DNA of 64,000 nt. Origin: Parcubacteria group bacterium. Its GTDB lineage: Bacteria; Patescibacteriota; Patescibacteriia; Buchananbacterales; UBA6539. This document shows positions 57,842-64,000 of this stretch, in pieces (position 1 is the first letter of the stretch; the number at the start of each line of letters is the position of its first letter). A program made the translations under genes and the position numbers. Where the stretch lies: contig NYZP01000019.1 in NCBI GenBank assembly GCA_002687175.1, positions 14,629 to 78,628 of the forward strand. The letters are read 5' to 3'. The notes under the pieces are model-generated. The model was not told the origin of the DNA. It did no database searches and saw only the letters and a list, made by a program, of their open reading frames with translations.

Positions 57842-58750
57842 TTATTTTTGTATTCCTTTTAAATTATTAATAGTTGTGGCAATCCCTTCTTCTAAATCAC
57901 CCTGAGCGGTAAATCCTTTTTGGGCTATCTTGTCAATTTTAACATCATAAGACAATTGATTCATAATTTCTGATTCAACCATCTTTACCTCTAAATCTGG
58001 AATAAACTTCTTAATTGTTTCGATAATATCTTTGACCGCCAAATTTGCAGTCACCACATTATAAATTTCTTCGTCAAATATATCTTTATTTAGAATTAAA
58101 TTTATTGCCTTAACGCAATCAGCTAAATCTAAATAAGGTCTTTTTTGATCCATGGCAGTTTGCCAAACAGTTACCGGCTGACTATTGACCGCTTGCCAGG
58201 TAAATTTATTAACCGCCGTATGGAAACGCATGCCAACTGACCAACCAAAAATAGTACCGAACCGACAAATCACATATTTTAAACCTTTAATCTTTAATTC
58301 AGCTAAATATTTTTCGGCATCGATCTTTGATTGAGCATAAGGACTTTGAGAATTAACTTCACTGGTTTCATCAACAATTGACTCTTTACTACCATATACA
58401 CTAGTAGTTGAGGGAAAAATTAATTTAACATTTTTTTCCAAACATTGATCAGCAACTTTTTTTAAACCATCAAGGTTAACTCGCTCAACTTCTTCTGGTT
58501 CTTTTGTCGAATAAGTAGCATCGGTAATTGCCGCTAAATGAATTACCGCTTCTACACCATCAAGTGGCAAAGCAGTATCTAAAATATCACCCTGAATGAA
58601 TTGATATTTTTTATCAGTTGGTAAATTAAAAAGTGAGGCATATCGCTGGGTAACTAAATTATCAACTAAAATAATTTCTTCAGCCTCAATTTCTCTGATT
58701 AATTTTGAACCGATGTGACCAAGAGCACCGGTAACTAAGACCTTCTTCAT
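57842..58750 (-). CDS. NAD-dependent epimerase/dehydratase (SDR)
   Basis: TGALGHIGS, STTSVYG, YAQSK, RFGTIFG. Confidence 0.9.
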   Translation of the reverse strand: MKKVLVTGALGHIGSKLIREIEAEEIILVDNLVTQRYASLFNLPTDKKYQFIQGDILDTALPLDGVEAVIHLAAITDATYSTKEPEEVERVNLDGLKKVADQCLEKNVKLIFPSTTSVYGSKESIVDETSEVNSQSPYAQSKIDAEKYLAELKIKGLKYVICRFGTIFGWSVGMRFHTAVNKFTWQAVNSQPVTVWQTAMDQKRPYLDLADCVKAINLILNKDIFDEEIYNVVTANLAVKDIIETIKKFIPDLEVKMVESEIMNQLSYDVKIDKIAQKGFTAQGDLEEGIATTINNLKGIQK

Positions 58751-58752
58751 AA

Positions 58753-59724
58753 TTATTTTTTAATTCTTTCCTTGGTTAACTTTAGACCTTCAGCTAGTGA
58801 ATATTTCGGTTGCCAATCAATTAAGCCCCGAAGTTTGTCTGAAGAAAATAATACTTTTTCAATTTCAATACGTTTACGTAAATCAGGCCACGGTTCAAAT
58901 TCTACTTTAATTTGACCAAATGTTTCGGCAATGGCCTCAGCAATTTCCTTAACACTATGATGATCAGTATGAGTTGCAAAATAAGATTCCCCAAATAATT
59001 TAGAACTATGAGCTGCTTGCCATAAAATTTCGGTTGCGTCATCGACAAACATCACATTTCTAGTCTGATGGCCATCACCAAAAATTTTAATTGGTTCATT
59101 GTCAGCAGCTAAACCAATAAAATAATTTACAAAACCAAAGGCTGGATCCTTTTTGCCATAAGGACCATACAAATTGGCAAATCGTAAGACGACTGTTTTA
59201 ATATCATAAACCGTATTAAAAACTCGATAATATTTTTCGGCTACTCCTTTGTTAGTCGAGTAGATGTCTAATGGGCGCTCACCATGATTTTCATCAATCA
59301 CGTCACCAACCGCTTTACCAACAACTGTTGAGGATGATGGATAAACCACTACCGCGTCTTTGGCATGATCACGAACAGTTTCTAAAAGTTTAATGTTACC
59401 AATGCAGTTAACTTCTGTATCAAAAACAGGATCTTTAAAAGATAAAGTGTGAGAAGTTTGGGCAGCACAATTAAAAATAATATCTTGACCAGTTACTACT
59501 TCCTGAAGTAATTTTCTATCTAAAATATCACCTTCAATAAAGGTGATTTTATCCATGACATCAGCCAAGGTATCTTTGGTGCTTAACAATTTTGGATCTA
59601 GAGAATCAACGGCAGTTACTGCAATATTTTCTTCTTGAAGTACCCGACGAACCAAGTTTGAACCTAAGAAGCCGGCAGCCCCTAAAATTAGCACTTTTTT
59701 TGGGTTTTTTAAGCTATTTTCCAT
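58753..59724 (-). CDS. NAD-dependent epimerase/dehydratase
   Basis: GAAGFLGS, YSTNK, RFANLYGP. Confidence 0.9.
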   Translation of the reverse strand: MENSLKNPKKVLILGAAGFLGSNLVRRVLQEENIAVTAVDSLDPKLLSTKDTLADVMDKITFIEGDILDRKLLQEVVTGQDIIFNCAAQTSHTLSFKDPVFDTEVNCIGNIKLLETVRDHAKDAVVVYPSSSTVVGKAVGDVIDENHGERPLDIYSTNKGVAEKYYRVFNTVYDIKTVVLRFANLYGPYGKKDPAFGFVNYFIGLAADNEPIKIFGDGHQTRNVMFVDDATEILWQAAHSSKLFGESYFATHTDHHSVKEIAEAIAETFGQIKVEFEPWPDLRKRIEIEKVLFSSDKLRGLIDWQPKYSLAEGLKLTKERIKK

Positions 59725-59793
59725 TTAAAATTAGTGGTTACTAATACAAAATAATAACACAAAAGGTATAAAATTACAAGGGTTTAATGTTCA

Positions 59794-59822
59794 TTGACAA
59801 AGTCAAGTATTTTTAATAGGAT
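59794..59822 (+). promoter_or_regulatory. sigma70-type promoter
   Basis: TTGACA (59794-59799), N17, TAGGAT (59817-59822); GAGGAG SD before the ATG at 59877. Confidence 0.6.
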
Positions 59823-59876
59823 TAATTGTTGGCATTACGTCAATTTGCACCTATAAAACTCAGAGGAGAGATACTG

Positions 59877-60908
59877 ATGGAAATTACATTGTTTGATTTC
59901 GTGCTTCATGTCATGGAAGAGATTGACAAGCAACGCATTCGGCTCAAAGATCAGATCTCCCAAGCGGTTGAGTCAACTGATCGAGGTAAACAACAAGCTC
60001 GGCTGGAACAATGGATTTATGATTTTCTCAAACAAGAAGTCATGGAATCACTCAAGTCGATGAATGCGGGGGTTCGGCTCAATGCTGAAGGTTATGAACC
60101 AGTAGAAAACGGCTTACCGGTAGAACAAGTGATCAATATTGATCCTTGGGATGGCACGGCCAATGGTTGTCGCTTCATAGATGGCGGTCAGCAAATTGGC
60201 TCCTCCTTTGCGACGGTGATCTCGGTAATGCCGGAAATGGAAAATACGACGTTTGGTGATGTTTAAATCGGCGCTGGACTTGACCTTCGTACCGGACAGT
60301 ATTGGATTGCTGAAGTAGGACGAGGGGCTTTTAGTGGAATTGAGGCAGCTCAAAGATCAACAATTCAAAGATCAGAAATACAACAGCTGGCTCCAAATCC
60401 TCAGTACCACCGCCACAGTCCATTACTGGCCTCTGAGTTCTGTCGTCAGATCAATTGGCTCACTCGTTTGCTGATCAACCAACCAGTTGAATGGACCGAC
60501 TGCGCTAGCAGTTTCATCAACATGCTACGGGTTGCTCTTGGTGAAACTGACTGTTTCTTCAATAATGTTTTCCCATCAATCTCCAAGGAGGGACAGCGTG
60601 GACACGAACTTGGTGCCATGATGCCGTTCATTAAAGAACTTGGGGCTTGTGCCATTGATACCAGAACTGGTAAAAATCTAATGACAACACCTTTCACCTT
60701 TGACGGTATGACACCGGTGATGATCGGCGTTGACGAAGATACGGTCAAGTACTACAAAGAAATGATGGAGGAAAATCTTGAACAAGAAATTCAAATTTAT
60801 CCTGGGCTGGCTATAAAGCTTCGAGATCTGATTCCGGCCATTCATAACGGAATTGGCACTCAGCGCTGGTCTCATCGAGATCTACCACGAGCTAAAGTCG
60901 AAGTTTAA
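59877..60908 (+). pseudogene. inositol monophosphatase/FBPase-family gene interrupted by one in-frame TAA
   Basis: The two listed ORFs are in the same frame. Reading through TAA 60264-60266 gives ...IDPWDGT...FGDV*IGAGLDLRTGQYWIAEVGRGAF..., open to 60908. Confidence 0.75.
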
Positions 60909-60926
60909 ACATTGTTCTTTATTTCT

Positions 60927-60954
60927 GCCATTCCATTGGAGTGGCTCTTTTTTT
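60927..60954 (+). terminator. intrinsic terminator
   Basis: GCCATTCC-ATT-GGAGTGGC followed by TCTTTTTTT. Confidence 0.6.
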
Positions 60955-60957
60955 ACT

Positions 60958-62013
60958 TTAAAGTTCTAACAAAATATTTTTAAAAGTCTCACCAATCTTT
61001 TTTGATGTAATTTCTGCTTTAAACAACTGATAACCATTGTTGGCAATCTTGTCTGCGAAATCTGGATTATTTTTTAGTTCTAAAATCTTTACCGCTAAAT
61101 CCTTGCCATCAGCACCCTTACAAAACAAGATATGTTCCCGGTCAACAAAAAATTCTTGCATTGCTGGAGTGTCAGCGGTGATTACCGGTTTTTTTAAAGC
61201 CATGGCCTCAATTACTTTAAAAGCCGCAGTCATGTAGGACTTTTGAACATGGCCAAACATTCCTAAACAAATATCAGAAACTGCCATTTGCTCAGCCAAT
61301 TTTTCGTACGGTAGTAGATCAATAAAGTTAACTCTGGCTAAACTGTTTTTTCTACAATAATCTATTTCTTTATGATAATTGCCCAATTTTCCAATAATAT
61401 TAAAGGTTATACCTTCATTTTTTAATTCTTCGGCGGCTTTAATAATATAATCCACCCCTTGAACCGGGGCATAACTGCCGTGAAAATGGACGATAAAGTC
61501 ATCACCATCTCTTTTAATATCTCGAGGATAAAAAATATCTTCATCACAACCAATTTCTAGTCGTCTAAATTTCTTCTTTGAAATTTTAAAAGTTTTTACA
61601 AAATAATCAATATGGGTATTAGTTTCTAATAAAACTCTGTCCGGCAAAAAACTGGCCAACCAATCCATAAAATAATATTTCAAACCCCAAAAACTGTATT
61701 TTGAATGGGCCTTACGATCAAAGATAACTGAATCATATTCCGAAACAAACATGTCAATGACTAACTTTTTTCCATTTAGTTTAGCTAACAACCAAGCCAA
61801 AGGCATAATGGCATGTCCAGCAAAACCAACCACCATCACGTCATAGTTATTCTTAACAGCTTTATGTTTTTTTATTAAATCAAAATATTTCCTTTTTGAT
61901 TTTAGTTCTGTCCGGCACTCGATCACTTCAATACCATTTTCTTTTAAACCCTTTATATTAATTCTATTGCGAGTATACAAAGGATCAAATGTTCCAAAAT
62001 AACAAACCTTCAT
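60958..62013 (-). CDS. GT4 family glycosyltransferase
   Basis: MKVCYFG, FHGSYAPVQG, KVIEAMALKKPVITAD. Confidence 0.9.
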   Translation of the reverse strand: MKVCYFGTFDPLYTRNRINIKGLKENGIEVIECRTELKSKRKYFDLIKKHKAVKNNYDVMVVGFAGHAIMPLAWLLAKLNGKKLVIDMFVSEYDSVIFDRKAHSKYSFWGLKYYFMDWLASFLPDRVLLETNTHIDYFVKTFKISKKKFRRLEIGCDEDIFYPRDIKRDGDDFIVHFHGSYAPVQGVDYIIKAAEELKNEGITFNIIGKLGNYHKEIDYCRKNSLARVNFIDLLPYEKLAEQMAVSDICLGMFGHVQKSYMTAAFKVIEAMALKKPVITADTPAMQEFFVDREHILFCKGADGKDLAVKILELKNNPDFADKIANNGYQLFKAEITSKKIGETFKNILLEL

Positions 62014-63273
62014 CTAGTTTTTTATAATTTCTAAAAACTTATTAATGATCGCATCGTAAGTATAGTTTTCTAAAACTCTCTTCCGAGCATTGTCGCCCAA
62101 TTTCTTGGCCAAAGCCTCATCTTTTAAAATATTAATTACCGAGTTAGCCAAAGTGACTGAATCTCTAACTGGCACCACAAAACCGGTCTGACCATTAATA
62201 TTTATTTCTGGACTGGCTCCGGCATCAGAAGTAACCACTGGTACTCCACAAGACATTGCCTCAATAGTGACTTGACCAAATGCCTCCATCCAGATGGACG
62301 GCACAACAAACACGTCAGAGGCATTAATATATTTTACTAAATCCTTGAACGGTTTTTTACCAACAGCTTGAACATTATTTTGTAAGTTCAAATCACCAAT
62401 TAACTTATTCATCCACTCGCTCTCTCCTCCTCCACCAATGATTACCAAATTTGAATTAGGAACTTCAGTAATAATTTTTTGCATCGCATCAAGCAAAACA
62501 CCAATGCCTTTTTCGGCAAAATTTATTCGACCAATAAATAAAACTACTTTTTCACCTTTAATTCCCAGCTCTTGCCGTAATTCAGATTTTCTATTCAACG
62601 GTTTAAATAAATCTTCTTCAATGGCCACACCTAAGTCAACCGCTTTTGTTTGATCAAGACGGAAGGCCTTACTTTCTTCAATTGCTGCTTTACTTAAAAA
62701 AACTATTTTGTCAGCATTATCATAAATTGACTTGGCAAAAATTTGTTGAGATTTTTTATCCAATAAAAACTTTAATATTATATTAACGCCAAAATTCCGT
62801 AATACTTTATGCCAACGACGATTAGCAAAAATTTCTTCCGGACCACGTTTAAAATGCCACTGCCAAGCAGTAATTTGCCGAAAATAAAATGGTACTCCCA
62901 ATTGCTCTTTAATTTGGGCAATAGCGTAACCGCTTTCCCTAGCCTGCCAAACATAGACTAGATCTACCGAGTTTTGTTTGACTACTTTTAAAGTTACTTT
63001 TTGGGTTTGTTTAATATAAAGCCGTCTAATAATCTTGTTAATTGGCCACAACCAAATTTTATTAACCATTAATGGCCAAAAACGGATAATTTTTACACCA
63101 TCAACTTCTTTACTGCCGCGTTTAGTCAAACTTAACCACGGACAAACCACATAGACTTGATGGCCTTGTTTAACCAACTTCCGCATTTTTTCAATAAAAT
63201 AATGATACGTTCCGAGATGTTCTCCCAACTCTTTTTCAGTACCAAATTTATAAGCCACTACACAAATTTTCAT
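62014..63273 (-). CDS. GT4 family glycosyltransferase
   Basis: GRINFAEKG and EAFGQVTIEAMSCG. Confidence 0.92.
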   Translation of the reverse strand: MKICVVAYKFGTEKELGEHLGTYHYFIEKMRKLVKQGHQVYVVCPWLSLTKRGSKEVDGVKIIRFWPLMVNKIWLWPINKIIRRLYIKQTQKVTLKVVKQNSVDLVYVWQARESGYAIAQIKEQLGVPFYFRQITAWQWHFKRGPEEIFANRRWHKVLRNFGVNIILKFLLDKKSQQIFAKSIYDNADKIVFLSKAAIEESKAFRLDQTKAVDLGVAIEEDLFKPLNRKSELRQELGIKGEKVVLFIGRINFAEKGIGVLLDAMQKIITEVPNSNLVIIGGGGESEWMNKLIGDLNLQNNVQAVGKKPFKDLVKYINASDVFVVPSIWMEAFGQVTIEAMSCGVPVVTSDAGASPEININGQTGFVVPVRDSVTLANSVINILKDEALAKKLGDNARKRVLENYTYDAIINKFLEIIKN

Positions 63274-64000
63274 ACAAATTGTTCAACAATTTTTTTAACT
63301 AGATTATCTAGGTTATGATTGTCTACAACTTCTTGTCTTAACTGTTTACGTAACTGAATGGCTTTATCTTTAAGATCAAATAATGATCTAATACTTTCTG
63401 CCAAAGCCTTTGGATTATTTTGTTCAACCATTAATTCTAAAGGCAAAATATTTTTAAAGGCTTCATTACTGGTTAACACTAAAGTCCCCGAAGCCATGGC
63501 TTCTAAAACCGCCTTATCAATGCTGCCCGTTCCACTAAGGTTTATAAAAGCATCCGCTATCCTTAAATAATCCGGGATTTGAGAATTTTTAATAGCCCCC
63601 AAAAAATGAACTTGCTCACTTAAATTCATCTTAGTCACCATGGTTTTAAGATTTTCTTCATAGGCCTTGTGATTCTCAAGACCTGGCTGACCAATGATAG
63701 TTAGGATAACATTTTTATCATCTAAAATATCAACGGCTTTAATCATTGTTTCATAATCCTTGGTTGGTGAAATTCGACCGATTGACATTAAATTGAATTC
63801 ATCTGTATCCTGACCATAGAAGCCGGGACTAAATTTTTCAGTATCAATTCCATGTCCGGTTATTTTTAATTTTTTGGTATCTAAACGAAAACTTTCCTTA
63901 GAAGCTGATAAAACAACATCTGCCAACTTTTCCATTTTTTTCATTTTATAATCAACTTGTTTATGCATATACCAGCTAACAACTTTTTTCTTATGTCGTT
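63270..64000 (-). CDS. GT4 family glycosyltransferase (5' end outside the window)
   Basis: GHGID, GRISPTK, GSIDKAVLEAMASG. The frame stays open to the window edge (RHKKKVVSWYMHK). Confidence 0.9.
   Translation of the reverse strand, partial: RHKKKVVSWYMHKQVDYKMKKMEKLADVVLSASKESFRLDTKKLKITGHGIDTEKFSPGFYGQDTDEFNLMSIGRISPTKDYETMIKAVDILDDKNVILTIIGQPGLENHKAYEENLKTMVTKMNLSEQVHFLGAIKNSQIPDYLRIADAFINLSGTGSIDKAVLEAMASGTLVLTSNEAFKNILPLELMVEQNNPKALAESIRSLFDLKDKAIQLRKQLRQEVVDNHNLDNLVKKIVEQFV

Noticed and set aside
60264-60266. Alternative genetic code (stop reassignment)
   Set aside because: TAA, TAG and TGA all end well-recognised genes normally in this window; this is an isolated lesion.

Overview
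AT-rich bacterial window read in the standard genetic code (TGA is used as a stop). The gene style (S8 protease with FG-GAP repeats, O-antigen-ligase/TPR protein, VanZ, many GT-C proteins, weak Shine-Dalgarno signals) suggests Patescibacteria/CPR (Parcubacteria-like); this is inference. Nearly the whole 64 kb is one cell-surface glycan locus. It encodes eight to nine GT4 and four GT2 glycosyltransferases, five GT-C membrane transferases (one a full-length homologue of mycobacterial AftA), Wzx/GtrA/UPF0104 flippases and a WcaJ-like initiating transferase. It also encodes NDP-sugar enzymes (RfbB, RmlC/D-like, UXS, two DegT aminotransferases, an NDP-hexose C-methyltransferase lacking its Zn ligands, a formyltransferase), five B12-binding radical SAM enzymes and two radical SAM/SPASM enzymes. 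Interspersed are ahpC, cfa, cutA, HIT, GC-richer orphan genes, two cloverleaf REP-like palindromes and an IMPase-like gene broken by one in-frame TAA. The most striking unexplained element is a ~260-nt minus-strand intergenic RNA (about 9452-9712) with its own sigma70 promoter and intrinsic terminator. It contains a compensatorily mutated mimic of the 23S rRNA L1 stalk (H76-H78) and a perfect tRNA T-arm, closed by long-range stems.
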